From Marsupella aquatica (lineage: Eukaryota; Plantae; Marchantiophyta), in assembly GCA_973895155.1 (NCBI GenBank), contig OZ316892.1, forward strand, positions 7,051,251 through 7,115,250: a DNA stretch of 64,000 nucleotides, written 5' to 3'. Position 1 is the stretch's first letter; each line of letters starts with the position of its first letter. A program made the translations under genes and the position numbers. The notes below the pieces were generated by a model, which did not search any database, was not told the DNA's origin, and was given only the letters and a program-made list of their open reading frames with translations. Below are positions 1 to 21,870 of the stretch, one piece after another.

Positions 1-189
1 AGGTACATCGCACATTGTTTAATTGGCCTCCCGAAGTGCATTTCGACATTTCTCTGCAGATTCCTTTCGCTCCGAAGGTACACTTCGTCCTTTTCTTATA
101 GTAATCCTTATAGTCCGTTCGTTCACAAGTGTATTTCTGCTGGCCACCTGACCATCTCTCATCACTCGTCTCGTCTAGAGGCTCCAATC

Positions 190-375
190 TCGAGCTGAAT
201 GTGTGTTCCTCTTCAAATGTAGTTGTAAGGAGCTCGAGTTGATGTGTCAAACCTCTTCGAATGTAGTTGTGAGGAGCTCAAGTTGACTGTGTGTTTCTCT
301 TCGAATGTATATTGAGGATAGGACGGAACTCCGATCTTGAGCTGAATGTCTGTTTTTCTTCGAGTGTAGTTCAGG
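190..375. repeat. Degenerate tandem repeat, ~4 units of ~43-55 bp (core GAG(C/T)TGA-TGTGTG-CTCTTCGAATGTAGTTG) upstream of the methyltransferase ATG
   Basis: The motif recurs at ~190, ~234, ~276 and ~337 with substitutions. Confidence 0.6.
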
Positions 376-606
376 AAACGAAGGAGCACCAGCACCACTG
401 CCGTTGCTGCAAGCAAGCAGACAGTCTTGAGCCCAGATGACCCGCAGCACACGATAAACCCACTCGAAGAAACAATGCAGACTTGAATACTCCACCTCCT
501 GCAGTTCTTCTTCCTGGGTGGAATTCTGATCGATCAGCCTTTCTACCAGCTTGAAGTGCGATCGAGCTGGAGTGCAGTGGAGGATAGTTCAAGTCAATCC
601 AAGAGA

Positions 607-3600
607 ATGGGCTCGTCGAAGTCAATAGTGGCAGCGTCCACCGAATATGCGGCACGAATGGGAATGCGAGCTCTGTACACAAATGTACTCCCAGACTGGC
701 TGATTCGGCTCGGCACCCGGCAGCTGCTCGCGTCTCGGCTGAGGGAGCTCACGCAGCCCACTGGAGAGAAGCAGCTCCAAGACCTCTTGCAATTCGCCCA
801 ATGTCTGTGAGCATCCACTAGATTTAGATATGTGTTTGTGCAGATTTCCAAAACGTACCTTCAAGTGAACATATGAAGAATCCGTTTTTTAATGCATTCT
901 GTTATTGGTAGCATCCCTAGATAAGTGATGTGGTCGAAAAATCTTTAAGAATACAGCTCAGGCAAATGTTCGTCGTCGAGATTGATAGTTATGGTGAGCT
1001 CTTTCCTCCACTCTGTTCCCCTGTCCTGCCATGTTCCCTTTAATCTAGTCCTTTTTCTTCCAAAGCCCACAAAAACTGTTCCGTCCAGTGGGCGAGGGTC
1101 GTCTAAGACAGTAAGTAGAATGGGAAGAGCAGAAATGTGCTTTGCAACAGGACAGAGTCTCAGCAGAGAGTTCAAAAGAAAGAGATGCTTCAACCCTTCC
1201 ACGTCCGGATTCACTGAATTGGTGTCACGGGTCGACAACATATCTTAGTGTGTGGCTGAATGAAGCGAGCTGATGTGAAGGGTCTGTCCTGTTATTTCAT
1301 TTCTGGCAGCGTTGAAGGAGATGCCCATCGCGGTGAATACGGAGGACTCCAAAGCTCAACATTACGAAGTCCCAACTGAATTCTATAAGCTCGCACTTGG
1401 AAAACATCTCAAGTACAGGTACATGTCCTGGAACAACGACCAGATAGAGCTGAAGTTTAGTCGAATGCTTTGACGGTTGATGCTGACTCGCAGATATTGG
1501 TGCGTGTTACAGAAGCTGGTAGTTGAATATGTAAATTGATAGATATTGAATTTCAAGCTTGGTGAACAGTAGTCGACACTGTTGAAAGAAGATGGTGTTT
1601 TTTTTCGTACCCGCAAGTCCAATCCCAAGCTGCATTTAATATGTTAAAATTGTCCTGCTTGGGCTTTTATAGTGGATAGGTGTGCCTGTGGACCGGATCC
1701 CTTTCCATGCACTGAAATTGTTGCGTTTTGCGATAATGCATCACAAGCAAGACTTGCGGGTACGAAAACATTGTAAGACGTGCTCACTGTGTTGACCGTT
1801 GTGTATTAAGCTGGCCATGGTTGAATATCTTTTGACTGCAGTTGTGCATATTTTCCAACTCCTTCCACTTCTCTCGACGAGGCAGAGAAGGCAATGCTAG
1901 AAATCTATTGTGAAAAAGCTCAATTGGAAGATGGCCAGTCTGTGCTAGATCTTGGCTGTGGATGGGGTTCACTTTCGCTGTACCTTGCTGCAAAGTATCC
2001 TAAAAGTGATCTCACGGGAATTTCGAACTCTGGAACACAAAAGGCTTTTATAGATGAGGAGTGTCGGTGAGTTGACACAACCCTCTGTTAATTCTGCCAT
2101 ATTGAATCTTCATCCGGCTGCGTCTTATGTGAGAAATAAAGGCCACCTTGACAGTAATGTGTAATCAGGTAGGTATGATTGAGTTCGAGGTCCTGCAGTC
2201 TTTTAGACCTTCACAAGTGATACACCAGTCACCACTATTGTGTGAAGGATGTAATGTCGTTGTTTTGATCAGGCTGGCAAACATCAAAACTTCACAGTTA
2301 TAGAAAACATTGCAGGATTCTGACTTGTGGTTCGAAGATCGACTCTGGTTTTCCTACGGTGCTTTTGATCGAATTTTTCAAGGTTGGATTTGCGGTCTCT
2401 AGATAGTTTAGTTCCTTTCTGTGTTGATGGCAGCTAAAATGTCTGTATCGCAGGAAGCGAGGCATTACAAACTTGAAGATTGTCACTTGTGACATAAACT
2501 CATTTGATGCCGGGAGAACTTTTGATCGAATTTTGAGCATCGAGATGTTTGAGGCAAGAAATGAATTCCTTCAGCAGTTAGAGAAAATTGGTCTGAATAC
2601 ACTGACCGAACTGTCGTGGACAAGTTTCTAACTGGTCGAAGTACATGGCCTCTGCATTTGACCTGGGTTTTACTTTATGATCTTTGACCGAAGACAATGC
2701 TTGGGGGTGCAGCATATGAAGAATTACCAGAAGCTGTTGAAAAATGCCGCCTCCTGGATGAAGACCGACGGGTTATTGTTTGTTCATATTTTTAGACACA
2801 AGACTACCGCTTATCATTTCGAGGTATAGTTCTGTATTCATGTGTCTTTGTTACTTGTACGAGTCCGGGTAGAGTACGCTCTCTCAAAAAAGTTGATGAA
2901 ACGATGAGGGACGATCCATAGTCATAATTCATTTCATCCCACTGCATTCTCATATGGCAGGACGAAGATGAAACCGATTGGATGGCCAGAAACTTTTTCT
3001 CGGGAGGCACAATGGCATCTGATTCTCTTCTACTGTACTTCCAGGTTGAGCTCATACCTTGCAGAACTGAATTCATTCTCTACCATTGTACAAGATTTGA
3101 GAAGGAGGTTTTTCTTTAGATTGAAAGGTTGAGGTAAGAACTGAGATGACATGTACTGTTTCTATTCGGGACAAGCAGAGGCATTTGGGAAGAATTCTCT
3201 TGTAATTAATGGATCTCCAAGTAATTTCTAGGACTCGTCTATGAGGCGTTGAGAAACACTTCAGGTAGGAATGAAGGATTCTTTGTGAACTAAAGTTGCG
3301 GCTGAATGGGCAGGAAGATGTCTCCATCGTGAACCACTGGCAGATAAGCGGTAAACATTATGCACAGACAAGGTAAAACTGAAGCAAAGTGCACATAATG
3401 TCAGAGCTTGGCAGGCAATGTGAGAGTTGTATGGTTTTTCCCGCTTGGAGTGCTTTGTCATAAGTGCTATACCTTAGGGTCCTTATGTAACGCAGCGAAT
3501 GCATGCCTGTCTCACTTTTCGAGGGAGTTTTGGTGCAATCCCCTTACCGAGGAAAAAGGACTGTATTGAAGAAAGCTGACGTCGGGCAGGGCGTTCATTT

Positions 3601-3853
3601 GAAAGTTTAGGACTACTGATGGGTAACAGTAAAGCTGGGTCTTTTTGTGCTTTGCAGCGAGGAGTGGTTGAAGAAAATGGACGCCAATCTTGCACAGATT
3701 AAACCTCTCTTTGCTGCCACGTATGGAGAGAAGGAAGTAACGAAGTGGGTTGTCAACTGGCGCACATTCTTCATAGCTGTAGCTGAATTGTTTGCGTACA
3801 ACAACGGCGAAGAGTGGGGGGTGTCTTTCTACCTGTTCAAGAAGAAGCAATAG
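607..3853 (+). CDS. SAM-dependent methyltransferase, (S)-coclaurine N-methyltransferase-like / cyclopropane-fatty-acyl-phospholipid synthase (CMAS) family, ~359 aa
   Basis: Eight exons: 607-802, 1310-1418, 1842-2066, 2454-2553, 2713-2823, 2961-3044, 3314-3372, 3658-3853 (1080 nt, frame continuous). Motifs: QHYEVPTEFY..LGKHLKYS, VLDLGCGWGS (SAM motif I), DRILSIEMFEHMKNY, DWMARNFFSGGTM, WRTFFIAVAELFAYNNGEEW. Intron 4 uses a GC donor. Confidence 0.9.
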
Positions 3854-6108
3854 AAAATCAATGCTGCCGAGAAATGAACTCCAAGTGCTCAGTCACTCCA
3901 GTCGCCTCATTCCATACTATCACTGGACATGAAATTGCTCGCGTATGCGTGGTCATGGTAGAGACTCCACACCAGAGCCAAGACATATTCGTCCATCGGT
4001 TTTTGACGTGGCAACGGTGGTCATCCCGTCTACATTGATGTGCAGTGCAGATTCTTCCGTCTCCCTTATCATAGCTTACCTGCCTGCTTAGAAAGGCGAG
4101 TGTGTAAAATTCTAGCACCTCACTCACACCCGACAATTAAAGATTTCATGGCTTAAAATCCTTGTTCTCAACAGGCATCAATGTTATGTTTTCTACTGGG
4201 GTTCCTGGAGAATTCTTGTTTCAGCCCCGAGACCTGGACCCTCATTGCAAGGTCTCACAATGATTGTCCAGATTGTAAGGAGTTGGCGTACACTCACACT
4301 CACTCTGTCCAGAGTGGAGAGGATTCCAGGTATTAATGAATTTCCAGGTACCAAATGAATTAAAAGAATGTATGCAATGAAGAAATTACAGAGCCACTAA
4401 ATTGTGAGGGAGCCACAGATAAACGGGGGGCTGATCAACAGTTTCGATATTGACAGGACACCGACTTTTTTGTGATGAGATCGGAAGGACACTGCTACAA
4501 CATGGTTGAGATGAGTACACAACAAAGGCATGAATAACAATTGAGCATTACTATTCTCCACATATCAAGAGCATTGGTCATTTGCTGGAATGCCTGAAAC
4601 GTAGCAGGTTCCCTAAACATCACTAAACTAAGATGATGATGCTTCTCATTAACGTTTCAGTCAGACCGGCTCTTACAACGTTTGATTCACATGTTGTGGA
4701 CAAACGCATCAAGTACATCTGCGTTGGTTCAGATGACTCGTTTGCTGGGCGATCACAAAGCACGTTTCAGTTGAGAACTGCATTGATGAAGACTACAGTG
4801 TTTGCGAAAGTCAGCCATTCATAGAGTAAATAACTCCGTATTGCAGTAATCGAGAGTTTAAGTAGACCCCGTATTTATGTTGATGCAAAACTTACATTAG
4901 ACTTCTCTTGACCAGAATGTCTGCTACATAGTAAATCCGTGAAAACTCATTTGACGAAAACTGCAAGCAATTGAGTTGTGAGCAAGCCTTGCTTTGGCAG
5001 AAAGTGAATGTTTCGACAAACAAAAATTCCTTTAATCTTCGTTAGAAGCCCTTAGTCAATGATAGGAAATATATGCAGAGTACTGCTGAAATTGCATTTC
5101 CAAACTACATACCCCAAGACGAGTATCCCAACACTAGAAGAACTTTCAGATACCGTCTGGAGACTTGAGCAATTGCTGTAGTAAGCCCACTCACTTCTTG
5201 TAAGCACGAACTGTAGATTGGCCAGTAAGCAATTTAAGGCATTGTGAAATTCCAGAAAAAATTATGAAGACTCTTGTAGAATCCCATCTAATCAAAGCCC
5301 ATCGCGTTATACTTCAGTTGTAGCACATCACAGAAAAAGTGTCGCGCCATTAAGATGGTTCTTCACCAAAGTTTGGAATTGGAATGACCTCTTGAAATTA
5401 GGTGAACTACCTAACTTCGTAGAGGAATAGCCTGGCATCAATATCTCCAGGGAGGCTTTCCTCTAGAGTCTGGAGTTGTAGACATCCTTACTAAACTCGG
5501 AGATGACACGGTAGGCCCGGGAGCAAAATCTAGACAACAGATGCCTTAGATTACTGGCAGCATCTTCTTTTAATGTAGTTATCTACTTTAAATTCTGTAG
5601 ATTTAAACAACACAGGGTAAGAAGTTCATATTCTTGTTCACACACCTTTCCAGGATGGGTAACGCTTTTTCCGTAACGACACTAATTGAAACTTCACAAC
5701 TCAATTTGTTTGCTGGTCACTGGGGCATTCAACATATCTTGCAGGTTATAACTTGGAGATGTGAATGCAAAAGAAATTCTCTTATTTTTGACATCCAGAA
5801 AATAATTGTGGCAGTGTTTCCTTCTAGTATACAATCAGCCATTGTTAGAAGGCTTGGAGACTTGGGCAGGAAAACTGAACGGTAAGCTGCTGCGTCATCC
5901 ATGACATCCTACAAGGTGTTACAACCAAACCGACACCCACAGAGCGAATCTTGGAAGAACCTGCCAGCCAGAAACTCTAGAAACCATCTTCAGGGTGGAG
6001 AATGCCCCTTAATTATTGGCACCTAGGCTCAAGACGACAAAGAAAATGTACAAGTTAATGAAATTGGTCGTTGTGGTGCTAATGCTCACCCCGCCTCAGC
6101 TAGCAAAC

Positions 6109-13674
<7,566 letters not shown>

Positions 13675-15140
13675 CGTAGGATCCCCGACACCCCTTAGAA
13701 TTGCAAATGAGCTTCACTATCGTGATTAAGCTTCACATTGTGGCAACCAAAATACAGCACAGTAGACTCAACAAACTCTAGTCGAGAACATCACTGAAGC
13801 ACTTAAAAGAGGTTGAGATTGACAGAGATTCATTTGGCTCCAGAGACAACCACCACGCAATCCCTACATGTCAACAGAGATTCATTCGGCAATCACAGAC
13901 AAAGAAGACAAAAACTAGGCTGCACGGCCGTGAGGATTTGCAACTTGCTGACATCTAAGAACTCCACTCTAAAACACTCACTGTCAGCAGGACAAATGGT
14001 AGACCCAGACGAATGCTCCAGTTCTCAATTCCGATAAATCAGATCTGCGAAAGCATTTGCTCGCACCCCAGCGGACGAGTCTCCACAGAGGCCCTAAGCG
14101 CTGAAGACAATGCAGAAGAAATGATCCAAAAAAAGTCATTGCTTATCCTCATCTGCAACTCGACTTCGAGACTTCCTTACCACTGCTCGAGAAGACAAGC
14201 CCCGACGAATTAGGCTTCGCCTAAACTTCCTCCTGGACAACTACCCCTCGTTCGATCGCATCTAATTAGAGAAACTGAAGCACTCAAGTCAAGCCCACGC
14301 ACAGGCCAGTAAAAGGAGTCTAGCTCCAATACCTAACCTGGTTAAAAAAGTCTAGACATAACTCACCTCGCTGCAAAAACGAGGACAGCTCCACAATCTC
14401 GTCATTAGGGTGAAAAAACCGAACAATTCACTGCTTCCACACCACGGAAAGGTTTGGGACCAAATGCCGACGGAATCAGAAACCCTGCCGAGAAAACTTA
14501 CCGGGAGGCGCATCGACTGCCGCCAGAGCTGCTGCCGAAGCCGCCAACGACAGTGGCTTCGGCGGGTAGAAATTCCTGCTGGTCGTCGCCATCATCGTCG
14601 TCGTCGTCGTCGTCGTCGTCGTTGTGCTCGGCGTGATTCCAGACAAATGCGTCTGCACCAGCTGCTGCTCCCTCTCCCAGCGTTGCTGCCCTCCGTGATC
14701 CTCCCCCCGCTGCTGCTGCTGCTGCTGCTGCTGCGCCATCCCACCGACGACGATCTTCTTCTGCTGCTCGTCTTCGCCCGGAGCATTGCTCCCGCTCCCA
14801 CTCCCATTCCCACCACCGCCATTGCGTCTCCATGTGTTGTTTCCCGTCATCATCTGCACAAGCGGAGCATTGCATTTCCAGAGCAAAAGAGCCACATCTC
14901 GTCACCTTCATTCCTCCTTTTCCTTCGTCAAACACCTACTGTACTCCTCCTCCTTCTTCTCCTGTAGATACTGCTGCCTCTGCTGCTGCTCACACAATCC
15001 TCCTTCCCCTCTTTTACCTACCTCCTCCTCCTCCTCCTCCTCTACTCCTCTGGTCAAGCTCTACTCCTACCACTCTACTCTAGTGTACTTTATTACTTAT
15101 TACTCGACGACCCTCCAGCTTTACTCCCCGCTTCACTTCG

Positions 15141-15328
15141 CTCCACTCCACTCCAACCTCCCGAAAGTAACCTTTGGGTCCTGAGTAAATACTCCACTCC
15201 ACTCCAACCTCCCGAAAGTAACCTTTGGGTCCTGAGTAAATAAGCTTGTCCCGAAAGTACCAGTTTAGACACAATAGAAAAGTACCAGTTAGTTAGCCAC
15301 AATAGGAAAGTACCAGTTTAGCCACAAT
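15141..15328. repeat. Short tandem duplications upstream of the PWR-like gene: 2x ~51 bp and 3x ~24-27 bp (GAAAGTACCAGTTTAG.CACAATA)
   Basis: CTCCACTCCACTCCAACCTCCCGAAAGTAACCTTTGGGTCCTGAGTAAATA occurs at 15141 and 15191; GAAAGTACCAGTT occurs three times between 15253 and 15318. Confidence 0.8.
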
Positions 15329-15679
15329 AGGGGAGTCTCAAAAAAAAAAACCTGTCCCTGAGAGTGCCAGTTTTGGTCAACCGTCATGAGTGCGTGGATG
15401 AGCATTTTAGTGTCTGCCACTTTTTTGTGTGGGAAAACTCCCTTTCCTGTGGCTGGAGGTGAAAGGCCTAGAACCTTCAGGTCTGTGGAAATAACTTACC
15501 CCAAAACTAACAGTTGTGGTCAGCGGTCACGAGTGTGCGGACAAGCATTTTTGTGTCCGTGACTTTTTTTGGGGGAAACATCTCTTGCCTAGGGCTGGAC
15601 GCAAAACAAAGTAGATTGAGATGCCATGTAGAGCCTTTGCTTCCAGTCCACAGTAGTGCCTTCCCTTCCAGACCACAGT

Positions 15680-16145
15680 GCCTTCGGCTCTGTCTAAGCA
15701 CACATTCCATAAGTGCATTACCTGGTCAAAGTGCAGGGTGTCCTGTTCTTCCCTTTTATTTTAAACAAAATAAGAGCATCTTAAATCTAAACTCAAACAG
15801 GCCTGAAATCATTTAGTTAAACTACAACTTTTTCAGCGCTTGTCCTTGATAAGCGCCTATATGCACTTATTGGTAAAAGCACAATCCCATAAAATTGCAT
15901 TTACTGATAAATGCATGCCGCACTTATTGGTACAAGCACAATCCCATAAAATTGCATTTACTGAGCAATTCTTAGTACAGTTGAAAATGCACTTCAGGAG
16001 TTTTAGGCACAGAATTTAGGGAAGGGATACAGGTACAAAGCTGTTCACTTAAGGAGGGGTTAATTACACATTAACAAAGGGTTGTAAATCATGTACACTC
16101 ATTGATAAGTGTACTTTTTAGGGGTTGTGTGCTTATCAAGAAATG
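15680..16145. mobile_element. Degenerate copy of the Tc1/mariner-like MITE found at 38033-38978
   Basis: 15690-15870 aligns by eye with the reverse complement of 38780-38970 (TAAGC.CACATTCCATAAG..., CCTTGATAAG). 16127-16141 resembles the opposite TIR. Ends are approximate. Confidence 0.5.
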
Positions 16146-16187
16146 CAACATCTGGTTTAGTGCATGTTGGATCTGTCATCCTGAGAG

Positions 16188-16569
16188 ATGGCCTTGTATT
16201 TGAATAGTGGGCCATGGGGCGCTCTATTCGCATAGTGCACCCTGGGTGTTGTATTTGAGTTTGGACTATGTGTTTTCATTTTTTGTATTTGAAGGACGTT
16301 GTGTTTGAAAATGGGCGTTGTGCTTGAATATTGACATTGTCACATGATTCTTGAATGTTTTACTATTTGTGCTCAAGGTATAACAGTTTAGGGTCCAATC
16401 TCGAACATAGTGTCCAACTCGAACACAACACCAATATTTGAACACAACATCCGGGTGTTATGTTATGATGATGTTGTGTTTGAAGAAAAAGTACTTTTTT
16501 TTACGGAGACCTAAGAAAATCCATTTTCAAACACATTGTCTGGGCCCTGTGTTCGGGGGAAGACAGTAG
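16188..16569. mobile_element. Left-truncated copy of the TA-target MITE at 21443-21870
   Basis: Near-identical to 21470-21870 (ATGGCCTTGTATTTGAATAGTGGG ... GGGGGAAGACAGTAG); the left TIR is missing. Confidence 0.8.
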
Positions 16570-17455
16570 CAGCTTTGAGTGTTGTTTTACCAAGGCAAAT
16601 TTCTGGGCCATTTGGCTTCCTAAAGATAGTGTACCTGGGCTAGATGAGAGTTTGGAATCATTTTATGGCCCTCAATGTCTTTTTAAAGGAAACTCTAACT
16701 CATGGTGCTAGAATTATTTGCTGGAAGACAAGTTGGGGTACCCACTCCACCTTAAAGTCACATAATTCATCGGCTAGTGCCCTTTTTGTCTAACAAGAGA
16801 AGATATGAGGGGCATGTGGGTCCACTTCTAATATTATACTCAAAATAAGAATAGACCAAGCCACCAAATAAAGAGAACTTCAAGAGAGGTGGCCTAAACT
16901 CTGGGACAAAAAGTGGTCCACATAAGCAAAATCGGACTCCATTCCCTGTAGGATTAGCAAAAATTGAAAGTGCCCCCACGGTTTTGTAAAGTGAATAGCA
17001 TATTTTCTTCCCAATGAATGGCCTAGATTACATCTTGGAGACAAACAAATATAAAAGTGGGAACTGTCAGCGACCTCAATTGTGTGCTGAGCCTCTGCGG
17101 CGGTGCTCATACACACTGTACTGTAGCTTGCGACGATCACTCGCAAACGTATGTGAAACCCAAAACCCTTCGCCGCAACTTCACCTTGCAAGGCAGCCAT
17201 TTCTCGAAAGCTTGAGACGCAGCTCAATGCGGCACGGCAGGGAAGGGCAGAGCTTCTCAATTAAGTTGCAGTAAGTTGTAGGTCGTAATAACAGTCCAGA
17301 CGGTCTGGAATCTCGCATGGAATGGAAGCTTCGGTTCTAAATTAAGTACTTCGTGGAGCTTGAAGTAGACGTGAAGTAGAAGAAAGAGCAGGGCGGAAGG
17401 AGTGGAATTCAGAGGGGAGCTAGGAAGCGGGTACGAGAGAAAGAGCCCAGAAAGG

Positions 17456-18890
17456 ATGGCGTTTCAAGCGCTTCGGCGAGCTGCGGCTGCTCCAGTTATC
17501 CTGCAGCGCGGAAAGGGTGCCTGTCGGTACCTGCAGCAGGGTTTAGCAGGCCCTGCTGTCACTCGCTCTGCTCTTGCTGCGTCTTCCGGCCTTGGGCCAT
17601 CCTCTGCGGAAGCCAGAGCTCCGCTGTGGGCGTTGGCAGCTCGAACGGCGTCCACGGCCCGGGAGGTTGGTCGGGAGGCTGATGCCGGTCTTCTCTCAGT
17701 TCTCAGAGCCGAGCTGGATCATGAGAGAAAGACATACAGTCAGGGAAAGGTATGGACGGAAGCGAATCCAACGATGTCCTCTCTCCCTATGGCCCCCTTG
17801 TATAAGTTAACTTGATTATGATTGAACGCATGTTTAAGCAGCACATGCTCATGATTTGGATCGCTCTTGGCTTTGTATTCCTTAGGGTGTTTGATTCGTT
17901 TCTCTCTGACCTACTCGCCTGTTCTCTGATTTCCGGATCTTGAAATGTAAACTCTGAACCCTGAACTCTTCCTCACTTGAGGAGATGTTTGCTTTCATTC
18001 CATGTCGGCATAATGCGTGTCGGACACCAGAAAGTCGTCCTGTACTCAAAATCCCTCTTCTAGAGAGTGATTAATATGAGAGATCCCCGAGATCTGGGAA
18101 GATTAGTAGAAGAGGAACTGATTCTTCTTTCTCTGTCATACATTTTCTCGACACATTGATTCTCTTATTTGATAACTCCCAAATTCCGGTTTTGTGCTTT
18201 AATGAAGAGGATGTGACTGATCTGTGAACAGGAACTGGCACGAGGGCCTCCCAAGCCTTGGACGGTGACAGATAAACAAGGGTTCGCAGATGTCATATTG
18301 CGTAGATCATATGGGCAAGAAGACATTGCTGTGACATGTCTATATCAGGCAGATACCTATGCTGATGGTCAAAATCCAGAAGAGGATATGAACAGTGAAG
18401 ATGAGGGTATGGATGACAGTGGCATGGGTTCTAGCGTCAACATGACCATCACAATAAATAAAGGCGCTGGCAATCCCACACTAGAAATAAGTGCAGCATC
18501 TTATGGGACTGAGATTACCATTGAGCAGGTTAATTTCTGGGAGGACAACGACAGTAAGGAAACGGGATATGCTGGGCCTAACTTCCTGTAAGTTCGTTGA
18601 CTTGACTTTAGGAGAGTATTTGTCATCTATTTCTTCATTAACCTGAAAACTTGCGCTGGCCTCTCTATTCGTTTCAAATTAACTTGTTCGGAACCTGATA
18701 TGGCCTCTGCTTCATTGTCATTGTAATCAGGCAATTGGATGAAGAGGTTCAAAACCAGTTTGAGAAGTTCATCAAAGCTCGTGGTGTGAATACGGATCTT
18801 ACAGGCTATTTGTTCACTCTCCTGGCGGACAAGGAGCAACGTGAGTATATGCGCTGGCTGCAGAAGGTGGAAGGCTTTCTTAAGCTATGA
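17456..18890 (+). CDS. Mitochondrial glycoprotein, MAM33/p32 (C1QBP) family, ~269 aa
   Basis: Exons 17456-17749, 18232-18587, 18731-18890 (810 nt). Ala/Arg/Ser-rich presequence, LLSVLRAELDHE, an acidic loop, YAGPNF-QLDEEVQ..FEKFIKARGVN..L..LLADKEQREYMRWLQKVEGFL. Confidence 0.9.
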
Positions 18891-21442
18891 TTGACTCGGG
18901 AGCCTGAACTTCAACAGTCCTTGTTTGATTTGTGAGGGAACGTTCTGGATTTTTATCCAGATACTGATTTTCTTCCCCGTACTGTGCAAGTGCAATCGTA
19001 TGGTTTAGTCGTGACTACTTTATCAACACAAGTACTTCATAATTTTTTGACCAACATAGAGTAGCAGAAGATGAGCCTTAGAATGTTTCACTTCTAAGTT
19101 GTAGTTGTAGGTGTCTCTAGAAGCGGATACAATTTGATGAACAAGTCAATTATGGTCATTAAGATATGATCTGAGTATTAATCAATCCACTATAACATTT
19201 CTTCTTTGGAGTTCCTCTCTTTAGGGTTGTGCTCTGCTGTATTTTGGTTTTCTGCCGAGATCTTGTTGGGGAGCACTTCGATTCGCAAGCGTGCATTAAG
19301 CCTCGAAACTTTCACTGTTTCATGAGTCTGTCAGTGTGTTGAGAAGCCTGTAGAGGACGTTTACCCAACTGTTCTAGCATACGTATTTTGCATGGAGAGC
19401 TTTATCGCAGTCATTGTGATAATGAAAAGTGCTTTCACAAGAAGCCCGGTGCAAGCACATTGTGTAGCTCAATCAAACATACTAGACACAATCTTGGTGA
19501 ACCATCTCGAGCATGAAGCTTATTAGGCGGGAAATTCCTACTTGTTTAAACACCATGCATCTTTGCATTGGAAATACTGAGACATACTGGTCTGTATAAG
19601 TGAATCTAAAGTAGCTCAGTCTGAAGAACACAGTACTCTTTTGTAAAGTCACCTGTGAAGCCTTCATACTAGCTTGGGAGCTCATAAAATTCCATGTTCG
19701 AAGAGCCTCGTATTTCAAGTGACATATGACATAACACAGTGCAGGCCAGAAGAGACTTGGGTACGGATTATCAATAGAATGTACACATCAGTGGTTGTAC
19801 AGAAGAGTCGAAGTGGAATGGCCTTTAAAGACTGCAAAGAACAATCGCCCAAGACTGCTAAGGCAAGATTTATCAAAGTTGGGGCCTGGAAGGAGAGCAA
19901 TCAAAGGGTGTTAGTGTGGCCCATGATAGCTTTCTCAAATTTCCTGCATGACTAAGAACCATGAGAGTAGTAATCCTCATACGTTTCTGAAACTTAGGTG
20001 TCAATGATTGACCAAATTTGATCCTTGAGTGGACCACAGTGTTTGATTTATTAACTCTGAGACCAACACTGTTTCTCACTCAAAGTGGAGATGTTCACCT
20101 GAAGAAAAGGTACCATCTGAGGGAAAAGCAGGGTCTCAAAGCAGTCTATGCTAGTTGCAGGAGCCCATCTAAGCATCTTGTCAAACCTTGTGATCTTGAG
20201 GAGCTTCTGTTTCATGATTGACGGGGTTGTTCGAGTATCTTAGTTGACCTAGCCTCACAGTTATTGGCAATAAATACTGAGTCGCAGCATCAAGATTTGA
20301 ACCAAATCATGCAAAAGGTAAAGGGTGGCCTCTTGGTTGTAAGACCCTTTAATATCAATAATTGACCCCTCTAGAAAAAAAACCACCTTAGAAAAATATA
20401 AGTTAAGTTGTCCAACAAAACTTTCAAGATCTACTTTAGCTAGTTAGAAAGGGCATAGAATGAGCTTACTTTACTCGATTTTGATCACAATTAAAAGCTT
20501 ATGAGTGTCCCAAGTAAGGACTCAGTTGGGCAGCAGCCAATCTGACTTAATTTTCTTATTGTGACTCTAAGGCAGGCAGGTCCATCCCCATTCCATGGTT
20601 CTGGGGCAAGGTCCATCAAAGCTTCAACTTCAGAAACTGACCATAAATATAACTTTGGAGACTAAAATATTGTTGACATCAGAAAACTGATTCTGAAATA
20701 CGGTTTTTTTTCTACTTGCCCTTATAGAGAACCCACCTGGCCTGCACAGAATGTTGATTTTGTATTAGAAATTACTTACTTTCTGATTTATTTTGTGATA
20801 GTCTCTTCTTTGTAATATTGGACACTTGGAATTATTGGGAACCACCTTCTAGTTCGTGCATGAAATGTATTTATCATTGTTTACAATCAACCCATTAAAG
20901 TTATGGTGTGTGCAATATGTGAGGAGACCCCTTTTAGTTAGTTTGGTTAAACATGATAAAAGTAAAATGTTCAGAAACTTTCATCAAGGATTGAATTGCA
21001 GACCTGGTTGCCTAACAGCTACTCTATATTAACCAAATATGAGCGCCACTCATTTCCTCAGTGAACAAGTTGCATGATCACCATGATAAATACTGTAATT
21101 TTCTTTTTCTTTTAGTATAGCTCATCAAGGTGGAATAAAATTGGTTTGAATGCAAGACAAAAGACTGAACTAAGTATGAAAATGGCTAATAGTGAAGTGG
21201 AAAGAAGACAAGGAGACTCCACTTGACTTGCAAGCATTAGAGTTTAGGGCTTAGGGTTTACTTAGTAGGATTTACATTCTTTTGCTGCTGTTGGGGTCAA
21301 GCTTATTTGGTTCTTTGGTCTTCTTGGATTTTTCTCTTGTGAGATATGATCCCTAAACCCTAAACACACACACACACACACACACACTAGAAGAAAGACA
21401 CCCATTAGAAAGGACACTACTATGCACAATAGAAGAAAGATA

Positions 21443-21870
21443 CTACTGTCTTCCCCCTAACACAACGCCATGGCCTTGTATTTGAATAGTGGGACATGGG
21501 GTGCTCTATATGAATAGTGCACCATGGGCGTTGTATTTGATTTTGGACTATGTGGTTTCATTTTTTGTATTTGTAGGGCGCTGTGTTTGAAAATGGGTGT
21601 TGCACTTGAATATTGACGTTGTGTTTGAATATTGACATTGTTATATGATTCTTGAATGTTTTACTATTTGTGCTCAATGTAGAATAGTTTAGGGTCCAAT
21701 CTTGAACATAGTGCCCAACTTGAAAACAATGCCAATATTCGAGCACAACCCCTGGGTGCTGTGTTAAAATGATGTTGTGTTTGAAGAAAAAATACTTTTT
21801 CTTATGGAGACCTAAAAAAATCCATTTTCGAACACAACGTCCAGATGCTGTGTTTGGGGGAAGACAGTAG
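21443..21870. mobile_element. Complete MITE, Tc1/mariner (Stowaway-like), 428 bp
   Basis: TIRs CTACTGTCTTCCCCC.AACACA / TGTGTT.GGGGGAAGACAGTAG, flanked by TA at 21441-42 and 21871-72; a second copy lies at 16188-16569. Confidence 0.85.

Noticed and set aside
607-3853. Benzylisoquinoline alkaloid pathway or metabolic gene cluster implied by the CNMT-like gene
   Set aside because: This family is a widespread single-copy plant gene and its neighbours are unrelated housekeeping genes.
21241-21365. Interstitial telomere (TTAGGG/CCCTAAA motifs)
   Set aside because: Only two adjacent units at each spot; at most telo-box-like motifs.
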